Of a stretch of 64,000 nt of DNA, positions 1 to 9,934 are shown one piece after another. Origin of the DNA: an uncultured Gemmatimonadales bacterium (lineage in GTDB: Bacteria; Gemmatimonadota; Gemmatimonadetes; Longimicrobiales; RSA9); assembly GCA_963816355.1 (NCBI GenBank), contig CAWFKH010000001.1:192001-256000 (forward strand), read 5' to 3'. The stretch's first letter is position 1. Every line of letters starts with the position of its first letter. Made by a program: the position numbers and the translations under genes. A model generated the notes under the pieces. That model ran no database searches, was not told the origin of the DNA, and saw only the letters and a list, made by a program, of their open reading frames with translations.

Positions 1-126
1 CTCTTCCTCGTGGCCGGCGCGGCGATGTCGTTGCGATGCACCGCCGATCGCGCCCGTCGCCTGTTCCTTGCATCGGTGCTCTACCTGCCCCTGTTGCTCG
101 TGCTGATGGTCGTGGACAAGGTGTAG
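1..126 (+). CDS. ctaB: Protoheme IX farnesyltransferase (heme o synthase), 3' end only
   Basis: Frame 1 reads ...ARRLFLASVLYLPLLLVLMVVDKV*, a typical CtaB/CyoE C-terminus; adjacent to the oxidase cluster. Confidence 0.75.
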   Translation, partial: LFLVAGAAMSLRCTADRARRLFLASVLYLPLLLVLMVVDKV

Positions 127-254
127 CGCGGCAGCCGCCTTTCCCGATCCGTTCGAGCCGGGGGTGGTGTGCAGGGGAACCTCACCCCGGGCGGTCGCAA
201 CGGCCTCGCGGCCACGCCGCCCGCATGCTGCTCCTCAGCCGACAGGAGGAACGT

Positions 255-1220
255 GTGGAAAAGAGCCGAAGCGGCTTTCGTGGCGTGGTGGCCGGACTCC
301 TGGCGGCAACCGCCGTCATCGCGTGGTTCTTCTTCCTGGACCTGCTGCAGGGCCGGCCGTTCGCGACCCCCGCCTTCCTCGCGGCGACCGTCCTGGGCGG
401 CGCACCGGCGGCGATCGGGCTCGGCACCATCGTCCTCTACACCCTCATCCACTACGCCGCCTTCATCGCGCTCGGCGTCGCCGTCGCCGCCCTCGTCTCG
501 TCGGCCCGCCTCCCGCCCGGCCTGGCCATGGGCGTCATCCTCGGTATCGTCTTCTTCGACCTGGTGTTCTACACCGGCCTGGTCCTCAGCGGCGTCGACG
601 TGCTGCGCCAGCTCGGCTGGCCGTGGGTCCTGATCGGCAACGAGATCGCCGGCCTCACGATGGTCGCGTGGCTCCGCTACACCAGCCCCTACGAGGTCAC
701 GAGCTGGGGCGAGATCCTGCGGCACCACCGGATCGTCCGCGAAGGGATCGTCGCCGGCGTCATCGGCGCCACCGCCGTCGCGGTGTGGGCGCTCCTCTTC
801 GACCTCGTCACCCGGCAGATCCTCTACACGCCCGCGGCGCTCGGGTCCGCGCTGTTCTACGGTGCGAACGTCACGTCACAGGTGCAGATCACCGCTGGCA
901 CCGTCCTCGGCTACACGGTGATCCACTACGCGGCGTTCGTCGCGGTGGGATTCGCCGCCGCCGCGATGCTCACCGCCGCCCGGCGCGAGCCGGGCGTCCT
1001 GATCGGCGCCATGCTCGTCTTCGTCACGCTCGAAGCGAGCTTCATCGGCATGATCGCGCTCTTCGCCGGCTGGATCCTCACCGCGCTCGGCGGCTGGAAC
1101 GTGGCGATCGGCAACGTCGTCGCGGCGCTCGCGATGGGCTGGTACCTGTGGCGGGTCCACCCCGAGGTACGGGGCTGGCTGGAGCGAGAGTCTTCCGTGG
1201 AGGACGTGGCGGCGCGCTGA
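255..1220 (+). CDS. Polytopic membrane protein with internal tandem duplication, function unknown
   Basis: GGAGGA RBS before GTG at 255; two homologous halves (G.VAG...ATAV..W...D...TPA.L; YT.IHYAAF; GN..A...M..). Confidence 0.75.
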   Translation: MEKSRSGFRGVVAGLLAATAVIAWFFFLDLLQGRPFATPAFLAATVLGGAPAAIGLGTIVLYTLIHYAAFIALGVAVAALVSSARLPPGLAMGVILGIVFFDLVFYTGLVLSGVDVLRQLGWPWVLIGNEIAGLTMVAWLRYTSPYEVTSWGEILRHHRIVREGIVAGVIGATAVAVWALLFDLVTRQILYTPAALGSALFYGANVTSQVQITAGTVLGYTVIHYAAFVAVGFAAAAMLTAARREPGVLIGAMLVFVTLEASFIGMIALFAGWILTALGGWNVAIGNVVAALAMGWYLWRVHPEVRGWLERESSVEDVAAR

Positions 1221-1240
1221 GTCGCGCCCGCCGCGGCCAC

Positions 1241-2221
1241 TCACCGCGTGGCGGCGAGCTCCTTCGGGCGCGGGCGCTCGGCGCGCGCGGTGAGCGACGC
1301 GCCGGCCGCGGGTCCGATCGGCGCCGCCGGCCGCGGCGGCCGCGAACCGCCCGGGCCGTCGTCCGAAGGGCCCGCGCCGAGACCGCCACGGGGCTCCTCG
1401 CGCTCCTCTCGGGAGGAGTAACGCAGGAAGATGATCGTGACCGCCGTCCAGTAGATCAGCATCCCCGGCACCCACATGATCACGCCGCCGAGCGTCTGAT
1501 CCTCGACCGCGCCGAGGCCGAAGATGCGCGGCGCCGTCGCGTACCAGGAGAGCAGCGGCGCGTCGGCGAAGGAGAAGATCGCCGCCACGATCGACATCGG
1601 CAGCCCGAACGCGAAGATGTAGAGCATCCGCATCATGCTGCCGAGGCGCGACAGCTCGGGCAGCGGATCGATCACGGGCCACCACATCATGACGGCCGTC
1701 GCCATGAAGAGCAGGTGCTCCACGATGTGCACGGCGTGGTGCTCGAGCGCGTAGTTGTACGCCGCGGGGAAGTGCCAGCCGACGAAGACGGCGTTGTAGG
1801 CGACGAAGGCGGTGGCGGGGTGCGTGAGCACGCGCGCGACCGGCTCGACGCCGCGCCGCAACAGCGCCTTGCGCAGCAGCCACGCGGGCAGGCCGAGCAG
1901 CAGCAGCGGCGGCATCACCATCATGAGCAGCATGTGCTGCACCATGTGGCCGCTGAACAGGTAGTAATCGCTCAGGTCGTGGATCGGCCCGTCCAACGCC
2001 ACGAACATGATGCCGATCGCGGCGACGAACGCCGTGGTCTGCCACGGGTCGCGCGGCCCCGCGCCGAGCCGGCGGCGCAGCGGGCCGACGGCGATGAAGT
2101 AGGCGGCGAGGAGAGCGGCGTCGCCGATCAGGACGGAGGGGTGGATCGACCAGCGGGTCCACGAGAAGCCACCCGGCGCGCCGCCGTGAAGCAGCGCGAT
2201 CAGCGCGATCGGGTGACCCAT
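1241..2221 (-). CDS. ctaG: caa3-type cytochrome c oxidase assembly factor (CtaG family)
   Basis: FSGHMVQHMLL, WHFP, H..EH and DQTLGGVIMWVPG motifs; last gene of the oxidase operon. Confidence 0.9.
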   Translation of the reverse strand: MGHPIALIALLHGGAPGGFSWTRWSIHPSVLIGDAALLAAYFIAVGPLRRRLGAGPRDPWQTTAFVAAIGIMFVALDGPIHDLSDYYLFSGHMVQHMLLMMVMPPLLLLGLPAWLLRKALLRRGVEPVARVLTHPATAFVAYNAVFVGWHFPAAYNYALEHHAVHIVEHLLFMATAVMMWWPVIDPLPELSRLGSMMRMLYIFAFGLPMSIVAAIFSFADAPLLSWYATAPRIFGLGAVEDQTLGGVIMWVPGMLIYWTAVTIIFLRYSSREEREEPRGGLGAGPSDDGPGGSRPPRPAAPIGPAAGASLTARAERPRPKELAATR

Positions 2222-2226
2222 CCCGC

Positions 2227-2568
2227 TCAGCCCAGCGTGATGTAGGGCAGGACCCGGAAGAGCATGATCAGCGATACGACGACCGTGATGCCGAGCACGA
2301 GCGGCGCGACGAACACGCTGCTGAACACCTTCGAGTCGAACCGCAGGTGCATGTAGAACATCACGACCATCGTGAACTTGATCGCGGAGAGCGAGACGAG
2401 CAGCGGCACCAGCACGACGTGCAGCGCCTGGATGTAGAAGACCGCCACCTCCATCGCCGTGATCACGGTCAGGATCACGCCGACGATGACGTAGAACTTC
2501 GCGCTCGGATGCGTCCGCTGGTCGTGGGCGACCTCGTCGTGCCGCGCTTGCTGCTCCGTTGGCGTCAT
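2227..2568 (-). CDS. ctaF: Cytochrome c oxidase subunit IV family protein
   Basis: Three TM helices, LTVITAMEV and KF..VVMFYMHLRFD. Confidence 0.85.
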   Translation of the reverse strand: MTPTEQQARHDEVAHDQRTHPSAKFYVIVGVILTVITAMEVAVFYIQALHVVLVPLLVSLSAIKFTMVVMFYMHLRFDSKVFSSVFVAPLVLGITVVVSLIMLFRVLPYITLG

Positions 2569-2578
2569 GCCGCGCCTC

Positions 2579-3184
2579 CTACGAGATCAGATAGACGAGG
2601 GTGAAGATCGCGATCCACACCACATCCACGAAGTGCCAGTAGAGGCCGGCGATCTCGAGCTTCAACGCGTTGTGCGGCCCCAGCTTGCCTCGCAACTGCT
2701 CGAACCACAGCGCCAGCAGCCACATCACGCCCACCGTCACGTGCGCGCCGTGGAACCCGGTCAGCACGAAGAACGTCGAGCCGAAGACGTTCTTCGTGAT
2801 CGCCGCGCCCTCGTGATAGAAGTGCGTGAACTCGTACGCCTGGAAGCCGAGGAAGCCGGCCCCCAGCACGCACACGGCCATGATCCAGAAGAGCCCCGCG
2901 CCGCGCCGGTTCCGCTGCACGGCGTCGAGCGCCAGCACCATCGCCAGCGAGCTCATCAGCAGCACGAACGTGCTGATCGACGTGAGCGGGATGTTCAGGA
3001 TGCCGTTCGGCCCGTGCGGCATCGGCCCGACCACGCTGCGGCCGCGGTAGACCATGTACGTCGCGATCAGCGAGCCGAAGAACAGGCATTCCGACCCGAT
3101 GAAGGTCCAGAACCCCAGCTTCCAGCTCGGCAGCCCGGTCGAAGTGTAGTGGTCGTCCGCGTGGACGACGGCGGCGTCGCTCAA
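2579..3184 (-). CDS. ctaE: Cytochrome c oxidase subunit III
   Basis: WTFIGSECLFF, TGFHGAHV and YWHFVDVVW; TTG start after GGAGA RBS. Confidence 0.95.
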   Translation of the reverse strand: MSDAAVVHADDHYTSTGLPSWKLGFWTFIGSECLFFGSLIATYMVYRGRSVVGPMPHGPNGILNIPLTSISTFVLLMSSLAMVLALDAVQRNRRGAGLFWIMAVCVLGAGFLGFQAYEFTHFYHEGAAITKNVFGSTFFVLTGFHGAHVTVGVMWLLALWFEQLRGKLGPHNALKLEIAGLYWHFVDVVWIAIFTLVYLIS

Positions 3185-3215
3185 GTCTCCTCCCCTCGCT
3201 GCATCCAGGCCGGCA

Positions 3216-5024
3216 TCAGCGGAACGCCGGCTCGAAGGCCCAGTTGACCGCCATCAGCGCCGTGAAGCCGAGCCCCAGCAGCGGCGCCCACCAGACGTGC
3301 GTCAGGAACATCGCGAAGGTGCTCGCGATGCCGATCGCCGTGAGGATCGGCCAGAACGATGGCGATGGCATGTGGATCGGCTGCGCGGGCGTCGCCTGTG
3401 CGGCCGCCATCATCGCCTCCGGCTCGTCCCACATCGGCTCGCGGCTGTGCACTTCCGGCAGCTCGGCGAAATTGTACTCCGGCGGCGGCGACGCCGTCGC
3501 CCACTCCAGCGTGTGCGCGTTCCAGGGGTTCGGCCCAGCCACCGCGCCCTTGCGCGCGCTGCGGATCAGGTTCCACACGAAGATCAGCACCGCGAGCGCC
3601 TGGATGAAGGCGCCGACCGTCTCCCACAGGTTCAGCGCGCTCACGTTCAGCTCGGGCGAGTACGTGAAGACGCGGCGCGGCATGCCCAGCAGGCCGGCGA
3701 AGTGCATCAGGAAGAACGTCATGTTCATCCCGATGAAGAAGAGCCAGAAGTGCAGCGCGCCGAGCTTCTCGCTCATCAGCCGGCCGGTCACCTTCGGGTA
3801 CCAGAAGTAGAAGCCGGAGAAGAGGCCCATGATGAGGCCACCCACCAGCACGTAGTGGAAGTGCGCCACGACGAAGTAGGTGTCCGTCTGCTGCAGGTCG
3901 AGCGGCGGCGAGGCGTGCCAGATGCCGGAGATGCCGCCGATCGTGAAGAGCGCGATCGCGCCGATGCTGAAGTTCATCGCCGTAGTGAAGCGGATGCTGC
4001 CGCCCCACAACGTCGCCATCCAGTTGAAGATCTTCACGCCGGTCGGGATCGCGATGATCATCGTGGAGACGGCGAAGAAGGAATCCGCGATCGGGCCCAT
4101 GCCCGTGGCGAACATGTGGTGCGCCCACACGCCCCAGCTGATGAAGCCGATCAGGATCCCCGAATAGACGACGAGCGCGTAGCCGAAGAGCGGCTTGCGC
4201 GCGAACGTCGGCAGCACGTCGCTGATCACGCCGAAGCCGGGCAGGATCAGGATGTAGACCTCGGGATGGCCGAACAGCCAGAAGAGGTGTTGCCACAGGA
4301 AGGGGCTGCCGCCCGCCGACGTGATGTAGAAGTTGGTGCCCCAGAAGCGGTCGAACGTCTGGAAGAAGAGCGCGACCGCCAGCACCGGCAGCGCCGTCAC
4401 CAGCAGGAAGCTCGTGACGAAGCCCATCCAGGTGAACAGTGGCATGCGCATCAGCTTCATGCCGGGCGCGCGCAGATTGATGATCGTCGTGATGAAGTTG
4501 ACGCCGCCCATGATCGAGGCGACGCCCAGGATCTGCAGACCGAGCACCCAGAAGTCGATGTGCAGCCCCGGCGAGAACTGCGGTCCCGTCAGCGGCGTGT
4601 AGCCGAACCAGCCGCCGTTCGGCGCGGCCTTGAACAGCCAGCTCACGTTCATGAAGATGCCGCCGAACAGGAACACCCAGTACGACAGCGCGTTCAGCCG
4701 CGGGAACGCCACGTCTCGCGCGCCGATCTGCAGCGGGATCACGAAGTTGAAGAACGCGACCGCGAGCGGCATCCCGACCAGGAAGACCATGGTCGTGCCG
4801 TGCATGGTGAACACCTCGTTGTAGGTGTCCGCGCTCAGCACGGTGCCGTTCGGCTGCGCGAGCTGCAGCCGGATCAGCAGCGCCTCCAGTCCACCCGCGA
4901 GGAGGAAGACCAACGCGGTGGAGGCGTAGAGGACCCCGATCTTCTTGTGGTCGATCGTGGTGATCCAGTCCCACACGCCGCTGCGGCGCGGCGCCTGGGT
5001 TACGATCGCTTCGGCAGTCGCCAT
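3216..5024 (-). CDS. ctaD: Cytochrome c oxidase subunit I (A1-type)
   Basis: DHKKIG, HGTTM, FGHPEVY, WAHHMF and VAHFHY. Confidence 0.97.
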   Translation of the reverse strand: MATAEAIVTQAPRRSGVWDWITTIDHKKIGVLYASTALVFLLAGGLEALLIRLQLAQPNGTVLSADTYNEVFTMHGTTMVFLVGMPLAVAFFNFVIPLQIGARDVAFPRLNALSYWVFLFGGIFMNVSWLFKAAPNGGWFGYTPLTGPQFSPGLHIDFWVLGLQILGVASIMGGVNFITTIINLRAPGMKLMRMPLFTWMGFVTSFLLVTALPVLAVALFFQTFDRFWGTNFYITSAGGSPFLWQHLFWLFGHPEVYILILPGFGVISDVLPTFARKPLFGYALVVYSGILIGFISWGVWAHHMFATGMGPIADSFFAVSTMIIAIPTGVKIFNWMATLWGGSIRFTTAMNFSIGAIALFTIGGISGIWHASPPLDLQQTDTYFVVAHFHYVLVGGLIMGLFSGFYFWYPKVTGRLMSEKLGALHFWLFFIGMNMTFFLMHFAGLLGMPRRVFTYSPELNVSALNLWETVGAFIQALAVLIFVWNLIRSARKGAVAGPNPWNAHTLEWATASPPPEYNFAELPEVHSREPMWDEPEAMMAAAQATPAQPIHMPSPSFWPILTAIGIASTFAMFLTHVWWAPLLGLGFTALMAVNWAFEPAFR

Positions 5025-5048
5025 GGCTCCGTGTCCCTGCGGGTTGCG

Positions 5049-6248
5049 CTACTTCAGGCTCGACAGGTAGGCGGCGACCTGCCGCACCTGTTCCTCCGTC
5101 AGGCCGGTCGGCGGGATGCCGCCGCCCTCCGTCCGGACACCGGGCATCTTGGCGCCCGGCTTCACCGCCTCCGGATCCGTCACCCACCGCGCGATGTTCT
5201 CCGGCGTGTTCGGCAGCGTACCCGCGCCGATCGCCCAGCGCGCGCCGACCATCGTGAGGTCCGGGCCGATCAACCCCACGGCCGGCGTCCCCGCGATGTG
5301 ATGGCACGCCACGCACGCGTGCGTCATGAAGATGTCGTAGCCCTGCCGCTCGGGCGTGCCCTCCGGCGGCGCGCCCGGCCGCGCCGGCGGCGGCGCGGCG
5401 GCCGCCGTGTCCGCGGCAGCGGCGGCGGACGTGGCGCCGACCGGTGCGATGCTCGCCGCGGCGGGCGCCTGCGCGGGCGGTGTCGCAGGCTTGCCCTGGA
5501 AGCGGCCGACGACGCGCGCGAACTCGTCTGGCGCGACGGCGACCACGTGCATGCGCATCAGCGCGTGCGAGGTGCCGCAGTACTCGGCGCACTGGCCCGA
5601 GTATTCGCCCGGCTGCTCGACCGTGAAGAGGAGGCGGTGGTAGCGCTCCGGCTGCGGCGCGCCCGCGGGCAGCGCGGGGATCGGGAAGTTGTCACGCTTG
5701 CCGCCCAGCCGCGGCACCCACCAGCTGTGAATGACGTCGATCGACGTGAGCTTCACCTGCACCGGTCGGCCGACCGGCAGGTAGAGCTGGTTCGATGTGC
5801 GCGCATCGCCGTACTGCGGATACTTGAACTCCCACCACCACTGGTGCCCGATCGCCTCCACCACCAGCGCATCCGCCGGCGCCTTGCGATACGTCTTGAA
5901 GATCGTGCGCACCGAGGGGACCGTGATCGCGACCACGATCACCGCCGGGATGATCGTCCACAGCAGCTCGAGCTTGTTGTTGCCGTGGATCTGCTTCGGC
6001 GGCGGCGCGCCCGGACGCTCGCGGAAGCGGACGACCAGGAACACGATGCCCGCCTCGACGAGGACGAGGATCCAGATCGTCCACCAGAAGATGTCGGCAA
6101 ACAGATCGTTGAGCTCCCTGCCGTAGTCCGTCACCGGCTGGAAGATCGTCTGCGGATGCACGCCGCTGCACGCGGCGAGCAGCAGGACCAGCCCACCGGT
6201 TCCGAGGGCGAGAATGCGGCGCCGAAGAGGTCGTCCCGAGCGCGCCAT
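5049..6248 (-). CDS. ctaC: Cytochrome c oxidase subunit II with fused cytochrome c (caa3-type, lipoprotein)
   Basis: Lipobox LLLAAC; CuA motif DVIHS...CAEYCGTSHALM; heme c CVACH...KMP; GAGGAG RBS before ATG at 6248. Confidence 0.95.
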   Translation of the reverse strand: MARSGRPLRRRILALGTGGLVLLLAACSGVHPQTIFQPVTDYGRELNDLFADIFWWTIWILVLVEAGIVFLVVRFRERPGAPPPKQIHGNNKLELLWTIIPAVIVVAITVPSVRTIFKTYRKAPADALVVEAIGHQWWWEFKYPQYGDARTSNQLYLPVGRPVQVKLTSIDVIHSWWVPRLGGKRDNFPIPALPAGAPQPERYHRLLFTVEQPGEYSGQCAEYCGTSHALMRMHVVAVAPDEFARVVGRFQGKPATPPAQAPAAASIAPVGATSAAAAADTAAAAPPPARPGAPPEGTPERQGYDIFMTHACVACHHIAGTPAVGLIGPDLTMVGARWAIGAGTLPNTPENIARWVTDPEAVKPGAKMPGVRTEGGGIPPTGLTEEQVRQVAAYLSSLK

Positions 6249-6355
6249 CAACTCCTCACTGTGGTCAGATCGCGGGTCCGGCGTGAGTGGATCGCGGCGG
6301 GTGATGGCCGCCGGACGCATGAAGCGGGCAAGGTTATCACGACGCCGCTCCAGGG

Positions 6356-7351
6356 TCAAGCCGCCGACGCCGTCGCCGTCGCCGCGGCTGTGCCGCGCGG
6401 AGCGCCCTCGCCGGCGCTGCCCACGCGCCGCGCCACGGCCGCCCACACCACCAGACCGCCCCACACCGCCTCGCCGGTCGCGAGGTGAAGCCCCTTCAAC
6501 GGCGCCGGCAGATAGAGCAGAACCAGCGCCGCGGCCACGCCGATCTGCGCCACCACCAGCGCCAGCGACAGCGCCGACGCCGCGCGCACGGCCGGAGCCG
6601 CGCCGCTACCCCACGCCTGCGCCACGCCGCCCGCGACCGCGACGAGCAGCGCGAGCGCCATCAGGCGGTGCGTCCAGTGGATCGCGACCAGCTCGCCACC
6701 GGACGGCAGCAGCCGTCCGTTGCACAGCGGGAAGCCCTGGCACGCCGGCGCCGCCCCGGTGTTCGCCGTCAGCGCGCCGAACGAAACCACGACGATCCCG
6801 ATCGCCGCCGCGACCAGTGCCGTTGTCGCGAAGCGCGAACGCACCGGCGACCGCGCCGAGCCCCCCGTGCGCGCGCGAACCGCCGCCACGAGCAGCGTCG
6901 CCAGGATCGAGGAGGCCGTGACCAGGTGAAGCACGGTGACGCTCGCCGGCAGCTCGAGCTTCACCGTGATCGCCCCCAGCGCCACCTGCAGCACCAGCAG
7001 CGCGAGGAAGAGCGCGACCGGCCGCAGCACGCCGTTCGCGCCGCCGAAGCCCGCGCGGGCGCGGTGGCGCCACGCATAGAGCGTCACGATCGCCACCGGC
7101 ACCACGATCCCGGCCGCGAGCAGCCGGTGCGTGTACTCGATCAGCGTCTGCAACGTCATCGGCGGGATCCACTGCCCGTGACAACGCGGCCAGTCGTCGC
7201 CGCAGCCCAGGCCCGAGCCGGTGATGCGAACGATGCCGCCGAACAGGATCAGGAGATACGTGTACGCCGCGGCCGCCGCCGCCACGCCGCCGAAACGCCG
7301 CAGCGCCCGCGCGTCACCGGCGATCCCGTCACGATCAGGTTCCTGGTTCAT
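6356..7351 (-). CDS. ctaA: Heme A synthase (COX15/CtaA)
   Basis: GGIVRITGSGLGC.DWPRC, IEYTHR, QVALGAITV; second Cys pair C..FPLC and HWTHR. Confidence 0.9.
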   Translation of the reverse strand: MNQEPDRDGIAGDARALRRFGGVAAAAAAYTYLLILFGGIVRITGSGLGCGDDWPRCHGQWIPPMTLQTLIEYTHRLLAAGIVVPVAIVTLYAWRHRARAGFGGANGVLRPVALFLALLVLQVALGAITVKLELPASVTVLHLVTASSILATLLVAAVRARTGGSARSPVRSRFATTALVAAAIGIVVVSFGALTANTGAAPACQGFPLCNGRLLPSGGELVAIHWTHRLMALALLVAVAGGVAQAWGSGAAPAVRAASALSLALVVAQIGVAAALVLLYLPAPLKGLHLATGEAVWGGLVVWAAVARRVGSAGEGAPRGTAAATATASAA

Positions 7352-7420
7352 CGAATCTTCGGTCAAGAGATGCGGTCGGAGCGCTGCGGAGGCGCGCGGA
7401 CAGCCGGATCGCGACGCGCG

Positions 7421-7506
7421 GACGAGCCGGGTCGCGGCGCCCGACGAGCCGAGTCGCGGCGCCCGATGACCGGGTCGCGGCGCCCGATAACCGGGTCGCG
7501 GCGCGC
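7421..7506. repeat. Four imperfect 21-22 bp tandem repeats with core GTCGCGGCGCCC
   Basis: Read directly in the divergent ctaA/peptidase intergenic region. Confidence 0.8.
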
Positions 7507-7630
7507 GGCCGGATCTGCGGCCGCGATATAATGACGCCCCCGGCGCGCTGCGCCAACCCCCGCGGCGCGCTGCGCCGACCCCCCCGCCGCGGCGCTTGAC
7601 ACCGGCGTGCGCGCGGAAGATCCTTCGCCC

Positions 7631-8854
7631 ATGCCTCGCGCCACGGCGACCCCGCGCTTCCCGACACGCTTCGCGACCCCGCTCGCGCTCGCTCTGCTGC
7701 TTCCCCCCACCGCCGCGCCCCTCATGGCCCAGCAGACAATGGCCCAGCAGACACCGGATCGTCCGCGCGCCCGCGAGGCGGGCGTCGTCGTGGGCCTCTT
7801 CGCGCCGGGGCCGCTCGACGCGATCACGGATGTCGCGGGCGTCCGCGTCGGACAGGTCACGGTCGTGTCCGGGGACTCGGTCCACACCGGTGTCACGGCC
7901 GTCCTGCCGCACCCCGGCAACCTCTTCCGCGAGCGCGTGCCCGCGGCGATCGTCGTCGGCAACGGCTTCGGCAAGCTGGTCGGCGTGACCCAGGTGCGCG
8001 AGCTCGGCGAGATCGAGACGCCGATCCTGCTCACCTGCACGCTCTGCGTGTGGAAGGCGGCCGACGCGATGGTCGACTGGCTGCTGCGCCAGCCCGGCAT
8101 GGAGGACGTGCGCTCGATCAATCCCGTGGTCGGCGAGACGAACGACGGCTTCCTCAGCGACATCCGCGCCCGTCCGATCACGGCCCGGGACGTCGTGCGC
8201 GCGCTCGAGTCCGCGGCCGCCGGGCCCGTCGAGGAGGGCTCCGTCGGCGCCGGCGCGGGCACGGTCGCGTTCGGCTGGAAGGGCGGCATCGGGACCGCGT
8301 CGCGGCGGCTGCCGGACGACCTCGGCGGCTACACCGTGGGCGTGCTCGTGCAGACGAACTTCGGCGGCGTCCTGTCGATCAACGGCGCGCCCGTGGGGCG
8401 CGAACTGGGCCGTTACGCGTTCCGGCGCGACAGCGGCTCGCGCGGCGAGGACGCCGACGGCAGCATCATGATCGTGCTGGCGACGGACGCGCCGCTCGGG
8501 CCGCGCAACCTCGAGCGCGTGGCGCACCGCGCGCTCGCCGGCCTCGCGCGCACCGGCGCGTCCATGACCAACGGCTCCGGCGACTACGTGATCGCCTTCT
8601 CCACCGCGGAGGGCGCGCGCATCCGCGCCGGCGAGGACGTGGGCCGCTTCGAGCGCGTCGGCAACGACGCGCTGTCACCGCTCTTCCAGATCGCGGCCGA
8701 GGCGACCGAGGAGGCGATCTACAACTCCCTCTTCCGCGCCACTTCGGTGCGCGGCCACCGCGGCACGGTCGAAGCGCTGCCGATCGACAGCACGCTGGCG
8801 ATCCTGCGCCGCTACGGCGTGCTCCACTGGGACCGCACGCTGCCGCCGCGTTGA
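7631..8854 (+). CDS. P1/S58 family (DmpA-like) aminopeptidase with signal peptide
   Basis: AITDVAGVRVG, NGFGK, GETNDG, GAGAGT and the autocleavage G|S in DGSIMIVLATDAPL; SGD. Confidence 0.92.
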   Translation: MPRATATPRFPTRFATPLALALLLPPTAAPLMAQQTMAQQTPDRPRAREAGVVVGLFAPGPLDAITDVAGVRVGQVTVVSGDSVHTGVTAVLPHPGNLFRERVPAAIVVGNGFGKLVGVTQVRELGEIETPILLTCTLCVWKAADAMVDWLLRQPGMEDVRSINPVVGETNDGFLSDIRARPITARDVVRALESAAAGPVEEGSVGAGAGTVAFGWKGGIGTASRRLPDDLGGYTVGVLVQTNFGGVLSINGAPVGRELGRYAFRRDSGSRGEDADGSIMIVLATDAPLGPRNLERVAHRALAGLARTGASMTNGSGDYVIAFSTAEGARIRAGEDVGRFERVGNDALSPLFQIAAEATEEAIYNSLFRATSVRGHRGTVEALPIDSTLAILRRYGVLHWDRTLPPR

Positions 8855-8962
8855 GCCGCGGCTGAAACCCGCGTCCGTCCACCCCCGTTGTGGGGGTCAG
8901 GGGGGCCGTGCTGCGCTTCGGCGGCTCCCGTTTCTTCCTTCACATCGGGTACTGCATCCAGC

Positions 8963-9934
8963 ATGTTCGCCGCCGCGATCCGGACCTCGAAGCTGACGCG
9001 CCGCTTCGGCCGCACCACCGCCGTCGACGCGCTCGACCTCGAGGTACCCGCCGGCTCCGTGTACGGATTCCTCGGCCCCAACGGCGCCGGGAAGACGACG
9101 ACGATCCGCCTGCTCCTCGGCCTCATCCACCCCTCCGCGGGCGCCGTCGAGCTGTGCGGCGAGCCGCTCACCGCCGCCTCGCGCCGACGCCTGCTCGCGC
9201 GCGTCGGATCGCTCGTCGAGACGCCGTCGCTCTACGCGCACCTCACCGGCCGCGAGAACCTCGAGCTGTCGCGCCGCCTGCTCGACGCGCCGCGCTCGAG
9301 GATCGACGACGCGCTCCGCACCGTCCGCCTCGTCGCCGCCGCAGGCCGGCGCGTCCGCGACTATTCGCTCGGCATGCGACAGCGCCTCGGCATCGCGCTC
9401 GCCCTGCTCGGTGAGCCGGACCTCGTCGTGCTCGACGAGCCGACGAACGGCCTCGACCCCGCGGGCATCCACGAGATCCGCGACCTCGTGCGCCGCCTGC
9501 CCGGCGAGCGCGGCACCACGGTATTCCTCTCCAGCCACCTGCTCAGCGAGGTCGAGCAGGTCGCCACCGACATCGGGATCGTGCGCGCCGGACGCCTGCT
9601 CTTCCAGGGGCCGATCGAGGCGCTCCAGGTGGAACGACAGCCGCGCGTCCGCATCGTCGCCGAGCCCGCCGCGGAAGCGCTCCGGCTCCTGCGCCGCGCC
9701 GGCTGGAGCGCGCGGCGCCGCGAAGACGAGCCCGGCGCGATCGTCGTCGACGCGATGTCGTCCGCCGACGCCGCCCGCATGAACAACCTCCTCGTGTTGC
9801 ACGGGATCCGCGTCTCCCACCTCGCCGTCGGCCAGTCCTCCCTCGAGGAGATCTTCCTCCGCATGACCGGAGCGGCCGACGCCCGCGTCGCCGCCCTCGA
9901 CGCCGGCCGCGTCGCCGCCGGAGACCCGCGATGA
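8963..9934 (+). CDS. ABC transporter ATP-binding protein (lantibiotic-immunity/BcrA-like)
   Basis: GPNGAGKTT, YSLGMRQRLGIA, LDEPTNGLDP and SSHLL. Confidence 0.92.
   Translation: MFAAAIRTSKLTRRFGRTTAVDALDLEVPAGSVYGFLGPNGAGKTTTIRLLLGLIHPSAGAVELCGEPLTAASRRRLLARVGSLVETPSLYAHLTGRENLELSRRLLDAPRSRIDDALRTVRLVAAAGRRVRDYSLGMRQRLGIALALLGEPDLVVLDEPTNGLDPAGIHEIRDLVRRLPGERGTTVFLSSHLLSEVEQVATDIGIVRAGRLLFQGPIEALQVERQPRVRIVAEPAAEALRLLRRAGWSARRREDEPGAIVVDAMSSADAARMNNLLVLHGIRVSHLAVGQSSLEEIFLRMTGAADARVAALDAGRVAAGDPR

Noticed and set aside
3297..6488. 1063-aa plus-strand ORF and the many other long Arg/Ala/Pro-rich ORFs
   Set aside because: Shadow frames of well-supported genes; stop codons are scarce at this GC content
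7421..7506. Possible CRISPR array
   Set aside because: Repeats are contiguous with no spacers, and no cas genes are in the window
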